Assembly: GCF_040938485.1 (NCBI RefSeq)
Contig: NW_027270915.1
Span: 806,001 to 870,000, forward strand
Reading direction: 5' to 3'
DNA length: 64,000 bases
Source: Diadema antillarum
Lineage: Eukaryota
Shown here: positions 42,001-54,800 of the stretch, in pieces
Layout of the letters: every line of letters starts with the position of its first letter
How positions within the stretch are numbered: the first letter of the stretch is position 1
Notes under the pieces: generated by a model
Database searches by the model: none
What the model was told of the DNA's origin: nothing
What the model saw: the letters and a program-made list of their open reading frames with translations, nothing else
Made by a program: the position numbers and the translations under genes

Positions 42001-44594
42001 ACAATATCCTATCACTATTTATAACTTTTCCACCATCTTCACTATCATCATTCAAGCTGTCTGGATCTGATAGGCACAGTCATAAGGCTGAGTGGCTCTT
42101 CCACTGCTTCTGATTTGGTGCCAGCTGTAGCTTCAATCTGATTGGACAGAAGTTGGTATCCCTGAGCAATAGACCACACCTTGTTTGTGGGGGGCTTCAG
42201 AGAAACCGTATCCAGGGATGCTTGGGCAGATAACCTCAAAGATGTCATCAGCCGTCCCACCATGGCTCAGGGGGTCCGTCAGCATAGGTAGAATCTGAAA
42301 AACAAAAAGGAAGTAGGGATGTAGGTATGATAACTCAGGGCAGTCAACATCTGCAGTGAAAAAAGTAAAAGGGAAAAATACTGATGTGCAGGGTAAAGAA
42401 ATTTGGAAGGCAAAAGTCATATCTTTGACAAAAATGGGATGGTTGCACAAAATGTGTACTGTATGTCAAATCAAATGTCAGAAAATAAAGAACATTATTG
42501 TTAATTAACAAATCATCAAAACATACATCACAAATGCTGATATCCAGCCTTGAATGCAATCCATTCACAAGAAAACAATACATTACTCACAATTCAAACA
42601 CATTTCACGGATAATGTAAAACTATACAGATACATTCGGGGCATGAAACCTTTATGAAATGGAGCCAACGGCCTTTTTCGCGATAGGAAACTTTTGCAAA
42701 TTGCCACTGCCATTCAATGCATATTGGGCGCAGAGAAACACTTTTGTGTGCATTTTGTGAATCTTGGCTCCTTGCAAAATTTGCGGAAGTTTCATGCCCA
42801 CCAAAATTTCTGGTTTTTCAATATTGTATGCATATACTTCATATTACTCCCAAAGGCAACAATGTGAGCTAATGAAAGTGGACGGTTAAGTAGGATACTT
42901 TGTGGGTATGTATGTGGCCTTTTCAGGGCCACATATGTAAACCCAAGAAAGAAAATGCGGTGCACCGTTAAGCCTTCTACCACCAATGTTCAACTGCCAC
43001 GGAAGCCTTCAAAGATTTTACCTTGTAGAACTCGTAGACTGATCCAGGCCAGCCATGGACAATGATGAGGGGTTTAGCCTTCTGTCCAGGCTTCAGTTTA
43101 GGCTTCACATGGAGGAAGTGTACATCGATGCCCTCTATGTTGGTCAAGAACTGGTCATACTGATTTAACGTTCTCTCAGCATCTCGCCAGCTAAGGGAAG
43201 AGTCAAAAATAAGAATCAAAAATTCAAAAATGTTTAGTGAATTTACATGAAAGACTTTCTTAACCTGATGAAGATTCTTATCTGTTTCAACATATCACAA
43301 AATGATTAATCCCTAGTATAAAAAGAACTAAGTATAAGGTGTGCACATCTAAAAAACAAACATACAACTAAAATCAATAGATGTATTGTAATTGTATGTT
43401 ACACTTGAAAATCATTGAGTCGTTGACACTGCACCATCCCGCAGGCAGAACTTCTGACATTTATTCTGCAACAAGACAGAATGCTAGTGCTGGCACAGAA
43501 CCTTTTCAGTGGATGTGAGAGGAGTATTTGTTAGGTTGCTTGTTTTGTTTTACATTTCTTTAGATGGTATCACAACTGAAATACTCTATCAACTGGCAGA
43601 CAACATCATAATGGCATGCACATCATGTTCTTTGCTTGTTTTGATGGGATGCTGGATAATTGATTTTCAAAATGTCATTAGAACCACTGAGAAGTTGTAT
43701 TAAAATTGCCATATGTAGGTCCTAATTCAATAGCATCAACAATCTGTTTTCAATATCATTATTATAAAGCAAAAGTGTATATAATTTTAACATGCATCTC
43801 TGTATTTCACTTGTTAGATGAATTATCAAAATTACTTATATTACTATGGTAGGGTTAGGATTCTTCATTCACATTATATATTCATATTATCAACAAGTCC
43901 TCATATTTTTGTTCTCAGACCCATAAACAATTCAAGCTTGATGAGAAGCACCTTAAAGAAAACAAGCAAAGTTTCATCCACACTCTTTCATGTGTGTGTG
44001 CAAGTGCATTTTTTTTCTTTCATTTTAAAGATTTACCTGAGCCTGAGCATGAGGGGATGTTCTTATCTTATATCTGACTTCTTATTGTCATTAGGTAATC
44101 AACAGCACAGCATTGTCAGGGGCCATGGATCAGACTTTGAAGTGAGAATGGGACCATGTGAAAGGAATTGTTATTAATGTTAAAAGGTTTGCTCCCCACC
44201 TAGCTATAGCAGATCGTCTGGACTCTGGGGAATGGGCCACGCCCACCGACCACAATGCTTCTCACCTGTATTTCTCGAGCCAATATCTCTGCACCTGCTT
44301 CATGAAGTCTGAATTGAAGCCATAATGGAAGGCCGAGTCCTCAAGCCGATCGACAAATCGTGTTTTTTCCAGTCGCTCCTTCAGATCTGCCAATACTTCA
44401 TCAGACACGTTGATACGAAACGGACGAACGGACGTGTCTTGTTCCTTCCCCGCCACTTCGGGCAGACCACGACCCCACCACCCGCTGCCAACATCGGGGG
44501 GTTCAGTGAGCAGGCTTGGAAAGAGCACAAATGAAATCAAATAGCCGCACACGACCGCCAGGATTAAAATGACAATAGGTGTTTTCCAGCCCAT
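35916..44594 (-). CDS. EPHX1: Microsomal epoxide hydrolase paralog C (7 coding exons, 460 aa), canonical active site
   Basis: Exons 44266-44594, 43022-43190, 42180-42294, 40465-40594, 39198-39403, 37579-37810 and 35916-36117 sum to 1383 nt. Shows HGWPGS, GGDWG, ETGYMHIQATKPD, SSMRLYKE and GGHFAAFEEP. Confidence 0.96.
36816..36900. mobile_element. piggyBac-type 85-bp MITE in intron 6 of C
   Basis: TTAA|CCCGTTGAGGA ... TCCTCAATGGG|TTAA. Confidence 0.8.
37579..37810 (-). CDS. EPHX1: EPHX1-like C exon 6 (second Tyr codon 37620-37622)
   Basis: QGVTDSPVGLAAYIMEKFSTW...IASSMRLYKEEIG; 232 nt. Confidence 0.95.
38845..39140. repeat. ~300-bp (ATT/ATC)n microsatellite in intron 5 of C
   Basis: Visible trinucleotide run; it produces the spurious poly-Ile ORFs. 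Confidence 0.95.
39198..39403 (-). CDS. EPHX1: EPHX1-like C exon 5 (first Tyr codon 39232-39234)
   Basis: NVKGIHTNMAV...QETGYMHIQATKPDTV; 206 nt. Confidence 0.95.
39448..39615. mobile_element. Tigger-like MITE remnant in intron 4 of C
   Basis: tacagtgtactcctgttataac ... gctataatgggagttcattgta imperfect inverted ends with TA flanks. Confidence 0.45.
40465..40594 (-). CDS. EPHX1: EPHX1-like C exon 4
   Basis: FTVSQAARVFHKLMTRLGFEKYYVQGGDWGAAITYNMALIFP; 130 nt. Confidence 0.95.
40937..41300 (-). mobile_element. Full-length tRNA-derived SINE with a (CAA)n tail, in intron 3 of C
   Basis: The minus strand reads GGGCGGTGAGTTGGCTCAGTCGGTAGCGCG (A box) ... GGGTTCGAACCCG (B box), then a ~250-bp body and a (CAA)n tail. 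Confidence 0.85.
42180..42294 (-). CDS. EPHX1: EPHX1-like C exon 3
   Basis: ILPMLTDPLSHGGTADDIFEVICPSIPGYGFSEAPHKQ; 115 nt. Confidence 0.95.
43022..43190 (-). CDS. EPHX1: EPHX1-like C exon 2
   Basis: WRDAERTLNQYDQF...HGWPGSVYEFYK; 169 nt. Confidence 0.95.
44266..44594 (-). CDS. EPHX1: EPHX1-like C exon 1
   Basis: MGWKTPIVIL...LEDSAFHYGFNSDFM...YWLEKY; 329 nt. Confidence 0.95.
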
Positions 44595-45081
44595 CTTTTG
44601 AGAATGTTGGTGATCCTAAATTACTTGCAATGTATTTGAAAACGTAAAATGTCAAATTTGAGTGATACGTAGCCGAAAGATGTACCAGCGAACACTAACG
44701 TTAGATAGATACACCTGTAGCTAGCTAGAGCGCCCGCACCTGAACTGCGCTGTGCGCGAGTGGAGGATTAGGAGCGTACGTACGTACAGATATGAGTCGG
44801 CGCAATCAGATCCCCAGCATAGCCTGCTGCAGCTGCATGCGCAGAACCCCAGGGTACCTGGGAGGGGTCATATCGCGATCTTCAGGGTGGCATGATCATT
44901 CGAAGTGGTGCGATTTTCACGAACTAAACCCGCTGAGGTTTTTGAGTTCGTGTTGTGGAAAGAGGTGCATCTCGGCTCCCTCGACCCGCATTTTAACAGA
45001 AAAAAAAAAAAACAGAAAAAAAAAACTTTTAAGGAGGTGGAAAGAGAACCCACCTTCCTGATACGCTTAGGTTCTCATAGT

Positions 45082-45256
45082 CAGGGGCTGATCCGGGAAT
45101 TCCATGGGGGGGGGGGGGGGGGGAGGGGCACCTTTACCAATAAATAAAAAGGGGGTGCACGCTGCCTCCTTCATTTTTCTTTTTATTTCTTTTGTTTTAA
45201 CGAAAATGGGGGGGGGGGGGCACAGATCCGTAAGCCCTCTTCTGGATCTGCCACTG
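45082..45256. mobile_element. Small hAT-like MITE about 490 bp upstream of the C start codon
   Basis: caggggctgatccg ... ctggatctgccactg imperfect TIRs with internal poly-G runs. No TSD recognised. Confidence 0.5.
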
Positions 45257-45515
45257 GTTAAGTTCATTTGTTATTCACATTATCATTGTCATTTAAAAAA
45301 AATATGCTAATAATTAGATTAGGTTATATCGAAGACAGCAAACATAGTTCACTTAAGCATTGCCAATCAATCATAGATGTATTTTTGTATATATTGTATT
45401 AAGATCCATCTACATGTATATTCATCAAAGTATGCATGTGTTTGTAGGCTTATTTCTATCTCTTCTTCTGTTATCATTCTCTCTCTCTTTCTGCACATGT
45501 ATGTGTCTATTACGC

Positions 45516-45550
<35 letters not shown>

Positions 45551-47399
45551 CAGGGTATATATAATACGCCTGAATGTGTATTTGAATGCCATTATGTTAC
45601 ACAGTGCATCATTTTCAAAACTGACATTGCACTACATACATGTATTATATACAACAATTGTAACGGAAATGATGATTATAATATTCTTTATTCCTTTATT
45701 TCATATACAAATAGAGCAGATGAATCTATTCATCAGATCATATATTTGGCATCGTGGCTGTCACAAATGTCAAGTTGAATGCAGTCAATCAATAAATATT
45801 TCTCAATTATATCACTCTGTTTCAATTCATATCACATAATGACATTCAAGGAATAAGAACTACTTTTGCAGCTGCAATTTTTCTTCTGATGGCCTTTTTG
45901 CTGATTTTGTAACATATAGTAAAGTTAAGATGGATTCAAAATGCATGCTTATGAAAAAAAAAAATTGGCAAGATGAAATTAGTCCCTTGATATATAAAAG
46001 GGTATAAAGTAGGTCTGCTGACCTTTCAATACAGAATCATACATCACTTATATACTATAATATATATATATTTTTTTAATCTGAAAATATTCTGATAGAC
46101 ATGTATAGAAAATGAGTTGTCCTTTGAATTTGGCAGTCTTGATTAGAATCTCTTCAATGCTCTTTAATTTTCTTCAGTAGGTCTTTAAAAATCACCACAT
46201 ATAGACTACAGTAAACTCTGCAGGGGTCAAAGTTCATGACCCCTAAATTACTATGCTGGAAGGAAGAAAAAAGTACTTATTTTTGTTCTTAGTACATTTC
46301 ATTATTATGGCTTTTGTATTATAACACCTTTTTCAAAGCGTACAAAGTATTTTACACATGAATTACAACACATCACACATGATTAACTTACACAGGACAT
46401 AACAGAAATGACACTGTAAAATATCATCGAGCATTACTGAAATACCAGTAGATGTAAAAATAGATGAAAATAAAACAATAGCCTGGATGATGCAATCGCT
46501 ATATGAGGGGGATCATGAACTCCAAAGCTTGTTGATGATGTTTGGAAAGGAATGATTTACAGCAATTTTGTTCACTGTACGAGTCTCTGGAATATTTATT
46601 GAGGAAGTTGCATAGAATATGAGATTCATATCTCATGAATTCATGCACAAAATTTCTTTGAAGTTGCTGAGTTAAAAGAAAAGTCCAGTATCGTAAACTT
46701 TCTCTTGAAGTACATAAGAACTTGACTGTATGAATCAAGTGGCCAGGCTTTTCGCAAAATAGCACGATGCAAACATACGTCACACTACGTTGAGCGCACA
46801 ACTCCAACAATACTCATTGATTTCTACACATTATATAACATACCTGGTGTATCTGTGCCAACTATGTGTGACCAGTTAGTTCCAATTTGAAGCTAACGGA
46901 GCCACTGTGTGTGTGTGCGTGTTTGTGTTTGTGTTTGTGTTTGTGTTTGTGTTTGTGTGTATGGGTGCCATGATGCAATTACATGCTGTTTATAGATAAA
47001 ACTGTAGTATTTCTATAAAATGACCGATCAATGCATCCAATGCAGGTGTAGAAAATATATTGACAAAATTAAAGCATCAGGAAAACGAAATGGAAGCATG
47101 CATTCAAAACAGTGACACACACGTACATATTTATCTAATTATGGCATGAACAAGATATTGAATGTCATATGAGTCAAAAACACTTTCTCCAGATCCAAGG
47201 ACTTCAGCTCACACAAAGTTTACTGTAGCATTTTGTTAGTATTTGCAGGACCACAAAATATATTGAGATAGCCTCCAAACAATTCATTGTAATTTGGTGT
47301 GTACAATCAAGGGTTACCATTAATTCACTTCATAGAGGCATACACACTTGTATGTGACAAAGTCTTATTCTATTACACTGTAACAAATTTCAACAGAAG

Positions 47400-47620
47400 A
47401 AGCTTACCCTGGCTTCCAGTCAAAAATCAGATTCAATATAAGATATTGCTACTAACATTTGAATATGTTTCTATATCTTTGCTCCACACTATTTTAAGAA
47501 AGCTACTTCAAATCTACAAACCAGAGAGGAACCTTATTTCAAAAGCAAAGATTCATTTGTTATTCCTAACAGAAGAACCAAATTTTACACAGAGTGAACA
47601 TTTGCTGTTAATGCCCTTAC
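47400..47620 (+). mobile_element. L2-type LINE reverse-transcriptase C-terminal fragment
   Basis: LPWLPVKNQIQYKILLLTF ... LLQIYKPERNL matches the LHWLPxxxRIxYKILLLT(F/Y)K ... LLxxYxPxRxLR motif of L2 ORF2. Confidence 0.75.
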
Positions 47621-48618
47621 CTTACATCATTTTAATCGATGGCGTTTTTTAACCGATAAATATAAATATTCGTTACGTCATACTGGTCCCGTTTTATGGA
47701 ATACGTTAGAACTGAGCAAATTCAATACACAGTTTAATAATATGTTCAAAAGGCAGTACAAGAAGTTATTGATTAGTAAGTATTGATTGGATTATTATGT
47801 ATGGATGTATTGGTCTTTCTTCTATTTGTATTATGGTGTTTAATGTTTTTCTCTTTTTTTGTTATGATTAATTTGATTTTTTTAAAAGTAATTTTCAAAT
47901 GATTATAACGCGGGGTATGTGCAACATAACAAGCCTATTCTGGCTTTCTACGCGCATACCATTTTCCGGTCAACCAAACACATAATGTTAATGAGTTTCT
48001 GTTCTCTGTGTACCTGTGATATCTGTTTTCCCGATGTGTTTTTTTTAAATTCTTTTGTCTTTATCATAATCTCGCTTTGTTTTGTTGTCGTTTCCATTGT
48101 TTTTAAACTCACTTTTTGTACAATTTGCTCATATTCACATATACTTTGTATATTATATATTGAATCGGAAATAAAGATTGAATTGAATTGAAAAAAAAAA
48201 AAAAATTACGGAATTATCTACCCCAGAAAGTAAGACAAATCATTGATATGAATAGATTCAAGTCTATTCAAGTCTGCTTTGAAAGTGCATTAGTTTACAG
48301 TGTAAGCAAACATTGAACTCGGTACCATCACTGTAAATTGGAAGCGTATGTTTTGGTATAATCTTTCCATTTTTTGAGTGCATAGGGACAATATCACTTT
48401 GTGTTATGCACTATATAAGCACTGTTAATTATCAGTATTATTATTATCAAATTTTGATACATCAATACTAATGCCTCTAATTTTCTCCTTGATATATCTG
48501 AAAAATTGTCAATAGAAAATATACCCATTTGTATATTCAGGAATGTTGTCACAAATACTGATTTGATTTTTTTGGCTGACTGAATGATCCGTAAGTGAGA
48601 TAATGGTTATTTGTCTGA

Positions 48619-48820
48619 TTAAAGTGCTTCCACCTTTCTAACGAACTGTCGGATGTCATCCGCTAGGAGGCGTGGCTCTTCAAAGGCAGCAAAATGCCCC
48701 CCACGGGGCATGATGGTGTAACTGATGAGGTTGGGGTTGGCCTCCTTCAAGGCCCACTCGGCTGCATGGGTGAGGTCGTGAGGAAAATCAGCGTAGGCGT
48801 ATGGGACCATGTTTGCATAG
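48619..48820 (-). CDS. EPHX1: EPHX1-like D exon 7
   Basis: YANMVPYAYADFPHDLTH...RGGHFAAFEEPRLLADDIRQFVRKVEAL*; 202 nt. Confidence 0.95.
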
Positions 48821-51800
48821 CTACAGAGAAAGAGACAGATGACAAATTGGATGAATTATTTGTGTATTTTACACTCCCACTTATAAAGGGCATAGACAGC
48901 TGGTTTTGGGAGTGCTCCCGAATAATTCTGAATTCTTAGAAAAACAGAAGACAATCTGGCCCTGGAATGCTCTAAAGTTTAATCTTGAACAGGCCTGCTT
49001 TTTGTCTTTGCTAAATTGGGGGGGGGGGGGGGAGGGGGGAGGGGGGAGGGAGGGCTGGGCTGATTCTCTTTTTCCCCTTGTTTTTTGCAATGGAAATTGT
49101 CACTTATCACTTTTCTACCATAATTAACATAAAATCAATCAATCAATCAATCAAACTGATGGATATTATACATAGTCAGGTTTTTATGAGTTTCATGACA
49201 GCTAGAGCACTGTTTTTTATAGGAAATATGTTCACTAAATCACAAAATGCAAAGGGGATACAGTGTACATGTATCGCTTGACCGCTTTTGTACAGGTGGA
49301 TCAGCAGCCTGTCTGTTCTCTGCCAATGGCTTAATCTCGCTGCGGGAGGGGGGGGGGGGGGAGTTTCATAAGTTCATCAGAGAATTTAGGTAGGAAAGGG
49401 TGAAGCTAAATGCCTCGGAACATAATGGTTCAAGTAAAGCTGACAACAGGTGGTGAAAAAGACCCCAAAAGTGGTAGACCACAGCCAACATACCACGTGA
49501 ACTTCCACTATTCAAAACAAAGCACTCACCTATATTCATATTTCTCTGAGGATCCCCCCAGTTCTTCTTTGTAAAGACGCATGGACGATGCAATGTTCCC
49601 ATTGACCCAGTAGATCATCACATTGGTCAAGAGCTCATCCAGCGTCCAGATCTTGGTCAGTCCACCGTCCGGCAGGTCTCGCCACTCTTTGTTGGTCCAA
49701 GTTGAGAACTTTTCCATGATGTATGCGGCAAGTCCGACGGGAGAGTCATTCACACCTTGCCCTAAACATCAACATGATCAAATGACTTCATTTTGGAAAC
49801 CGTTTCTCTCAAAGTCAACTCACAAAGATGTAGTTTATTTTTACACTGAAAGATAAATTAACTATGCAACTGTGATGACAATACAGTGAAATCAAATCGT
49901 AAATACCAATCTTTTGTAATTTGACCATGTATCACAACAAATACATGTGCAAGAAGTCGTAATTTTACCCTATTTCATGTAAGCACTCAAAATCAGTGAA
50001 ATGGCTCAACCTAGAACTTTTTTTCTTTTTTTTTTAAATGATAATTTCTGAAAGACCAGCTCTGCCTTTATACAATTGTTAATTTTGGGATCCCTGTTAG
50101 AATGAGTGTGAAATTGATAATTTTTTCCCCTTTTCTTCAACACTGAGAAACAGAAAAAAGCTAAAGGAACAAAAAAGCGGAATCAGCATATATGAGGATC
50201 TTACTGACACAAATCGTGCACTTCTCTGGGATGCCTTCGCTGAAATGAAAAGACCAAATACAAAGGTCCTGTCAGCTTGGACCATTGATGGCAGGATCAT
50301 CATTTCCATGAGGGCATCAAATGGGAAAACAATCACAAAAAGAATCTACAGCAAGATTGACTTGCAAAAGCTCTGAAGATCCACCAACATATGAAGTGAT
50401 TAATAGATTATTGATTCTATGTAAACTGGGTTCTGCTGATTGATTTCATATGTCTGACAACATAAAGGATCCGAACTTCAATACTACCACTCATATCTCA
50501 CAAGTTTAGTGTCTAATGAAATAATTGAAAGGTGTTTTCTCCTGGTGTTTCTTTGCTCTTGATTACAATTAAAATACGATCTAGGTTTATGCAATCTTAA
50601 TTTTTGCATTGTTTTTCCTTTGTTTTTCCCTCAACTTGCCAATAGTGTGATAGTTATTTCAACCACTCTGTAGTTATGTCTGTGTGTATTTTCGTTAATG
50701 TCAATATCTGTGCCTCTCAGGTAAAACGTGTGTCGGCTTTGAAGTTTTTAGGATTAATACTTGATGAAAATGTTACCTGGAATGCTCATGTAAATTACCT
50801 TTGTAATGTGTTGAATATTGGTGCTATGTATTTAAAGTCAATACCTAAAGTGTTTTTAAAAATGATTTATAATTCAATTTACCACATTTGTCATACGGGA
50901 TCATAATTTGGGGCAATGCATCAAAAATCCAGTTGAACAGAGTTTGTGTCTTACAAAAACGTGCAATACGTATTGTACACCATGTTTCATATCTTGCCCA
51001 TTCAAAATCAATCTTTCATTTGTATAAGATGCTGCAATTTTGTGATATTTATCTTTTACAGTTGGGTATTTTTATGTATTTTTGTTACAAAAAGTTCCTT
51101 CCAGAATCCCTTTTAGACACACTCTTCACATTCAACTCTAATATGTTTTGGAAGGATCATACTATTCCATGTAAAGGTGCCACAGTATTAATCATAACTA
51201 GTATTTACTTAATGCATGCAAAATTTCAGATTAATGCAATGATCACAGCAGTATAACCTTCCATTCCACATCCCTTCATTGCATAGAGCAGCACTGGGTA
51301 AGATAACACCTTTCTATCTGGTATAGGTACTTTACATTATCTATGAGTTTGGAAAGTCAATTTATATTATGCTTTATGTAATCCTAAAGCTCAAAGTGTG
51401 CTCTTTCAGAATTTGCCCTTCAGCGAAAATCCACGTCTGGCAACTTCTAGATCCAAGATGGTTTTGAGATGCAGGGTCACACATTTAACCTGCTATCAAA
51501 GGATGAGCTGCTTTTGCTACATAACATGCATTTCCCTTAGACACCTGCCCACATATACTAAGGACTAGCCTTCAACAGGCTAATAATATTCCAGTGCTCT
51601 TCACTGACCAGCAGTGTCCGGCTTGGTGGCCTGGATGTGCATGTATCCGCTCTCTTGGAGGGCAAAGAAGAATAGTGAACTGAATGGAAGAAACCGGTCC
51701 TGATCCTCTTTCTTTGGCATTAGCAGAGACGGGCAGAACCCAGCAACAATGGGATAAATGAGGCCCTTAAAGTTGGACAGAGTCGCCATGTTGTTGTGGA

Positions 51801-54800
51801 CACCTTTAACATGGCTGAGAAATGCGAGGCAACAAAAGAGAGACAACTATCAAAAAGCAAGAAGAATGATGATCATCAAAGGTGAGAAGTGAGACCTCAA
51901 GTGAGATAGTCATATATATAAAAAAAATTACTAAAACTTAGAGCATATTATATACCATTTGCAGATGAAACAAACACCCGGCTTTACTGCTTCAAAAAAG
52001 TTCTAAAAGGAGAGTTATATGGATAGGAAAAAAAAACAATGTAAAAATCTTAATCAGTATAATCAGTAAGTATTATTGAATATACAAATGTAAACAATAT
52101 AATAATTATAATAAAATTGTTTCTAGAATAAACCATCTCCAGTTGATGACTTATCAATAATAATGTTATCTCCTAAATAATTGAGGCATAATTGCAGAAT
52201 TTTTATATGGTAGGAGGTTTTGTGATACAACTGACCTACATAAGTACATCAAATGCGATAACTTGGACAATTTCTAAATCACTGCTCCAAATGATAAACA
52301 ATAAAGTCTGTCAACACAGTACCAATATCAATTACTTGAAGATCATTGGGGATACATACTCAGGGAACATGATGGCCATATTTCGAGTGATAAGACTTCC
52401 CCAGTCGCCCCCTTGGACGTAGTACTTCTTAAACCCAAGACGACCCATCAGTTTGTGGAAGACTCTTCCCGCTTTGGATGCAGAGAAACCTGGGTTGGTT
52501 TGAGGAGAATGAGAAGACCAAATCAGCACTGCATTGCTCTTTTATCTACAGGGTCGTAGATGAAACATACCTATAAATATGATCCATGTTTAACCACATA
52601 TGATGACATACGACTTTCCAGGGTTATGTTTCCTTAAATATGTAAGCATCCATTCTCCATACCCCTGTAGGAAAAAAACCAACAATAACATACAAGCTCA
52701 CCATTCAATAAAACTAGTAACTTTTACAAGTAATGGTAAAACTTTGTAATCAGTGGTAAATATTAACAATTTCTTGGCTTTGTTATGCTATGCCTTATGG
52801 GTGTGGCTATGGAAGTTACACTTGATCGTAAAGTTACCAGAGTTTTATGTGATGGTCCCATGGTCATTCCCTATTCCATGTGCACTTTTGACATGGAAGC
52901 ACTTTCTCAAAACTCAAAACAGAGAACCACAACTTATACACAATGTCCTGTCTCTCCTTCACTTGATATTAAAGTGAACTCACCTATTTTTTTTTTAATG
53001 CAATTTGGTAAATCTGAAGTGACATACAGCAAAAATTCAAAATTGAAAGCATTTACGTTTTGATACAAAAGTCCTCTGATAAACCAGCTGAAAGACATGA
53101 AATATTGCCATAATTACATTCAATGAATAAAAATCCCAAGATTTCAATTTCCTTATTAACACTCAATTTTTGAACGAATATAGTATTGCTTGGAGAAACT
53201 TATGAAATTACTAGTGAGAACCTGATCCAATTTGAATCTCTCTGTGCAAATTATACAAACTGGCTAACTTCCTGATTGGACAGAAGTTGGTATCCCTGAG
53301 CAACAGACCACACCTTGTTTGTGGGGGGCTTCTGAGAAGCCATATCCTGGGATACTTGGGCAGATAACCTCAAAGATGTCATCAGCCGTCCCACCATGGC
53401 TAAGGGGGTCCGTCAGCATTGGTAGCATCTGAAAAATACAACCATTCATTCCATGTTTGCAATTCAATGTGAAGCATGAAATCAAGTCAAATCAAACATG
53501 TAATCTAGCTACCCATTTTACTTGACACAGGTCTCTTTAAAATTAACATCATATCTGCAGCAGCCTCTTGGTTTTATGGTACAGAAAGATTGCAGAAAAT
53601 AAAATTCCACTACTTCTAGGTTCAAGATCCAGTGGTTTCCTGAAAAATAAAAATGTGATAAAAAGTGTATAATTTGACTGTGATGACCTCCTAACACATG
53701 TGCCTAGAAAAGGGATATGACTGCATACATGTGTGCAAATCGGTTCTGTAAATGTAGCCTCTTTCTGAGACTCCACAAGTAAAAATCATGCTTAATGTGC
53801 CTACGTTTTTTTTTTTTTTTAATATCAGACAATGTGTTATATTGTTTACTGTGTGTATTTGCCACTATGGTGTCACATTTTAATGAAGATAATGGCCTGA
53901 AAATAAGTTCCATGTGTATTGTTCTATATGCAATATTTGCTATTACATGAGTATGGGATTACTTATTTTTGTTATGATTTGTGAACAGAAATGACAGAAA
54001 AAGCAACAAATAAGACAATAAAGAAACAAGCACACAAAAACTCAAACAAACAAACAAACAAACAAAAAACAAACAAACTATCAAACAAAACACCTGCCCA
54101 ACTGCCAATGTAACATGGTACTGTGGAGCTAGGGACTGGTCTATCAATGATTATGATAATATTACTGGTATCAGATTTGATTTTGATTTGATTTGATTTT
54201 ATACATAATAATATTTTATACATAATAATCATACATATAAATGGATATGTACATGAACATTAGTTGCTAACAAAATGAGGTTTTTTTCATTACTTTTAGA
54301 ATATACAGCAATACATTTCTTCATTTGCCTGTACAATGTCCAACAGAACAGTGATGCAATGAATAACGCAGAAGGGCTACAGCTTAAGCATTGCTCGATT
54401 TGCATGCAGCCCTCGTACATAATACATAACATATAGGAAAATAGGGGGAGGGATGACTTGCATAGAGATAGGATAGGAGAAAGGAGAGAGGAGAGGTCTG
54501 TCTGCTTTCACTAATACACAAAGTTAGATCACCTGGATCACTGAATAGTAAAGCATGGCAAAGTAATTTCTCACCGAGGTACAGGTGAACAGTTACAGGT
54601 CATGGTCGGTTACATAACATTATGCAACAAGGAAATGTAGAAATTACGCGGTGCGTAATATATGTCCCCGCCGGAAGTAGCATTTAGTAGCAAAATGTAC
54701 AATATAGGTAAAAAGATCAAGGTCAAAGGTCAAAGAAGTCAAAGGTCAAAATTCTATGTAGAAGTTTTGAAGCCCTCACCTAGTGCCATCATTTAAAGCA

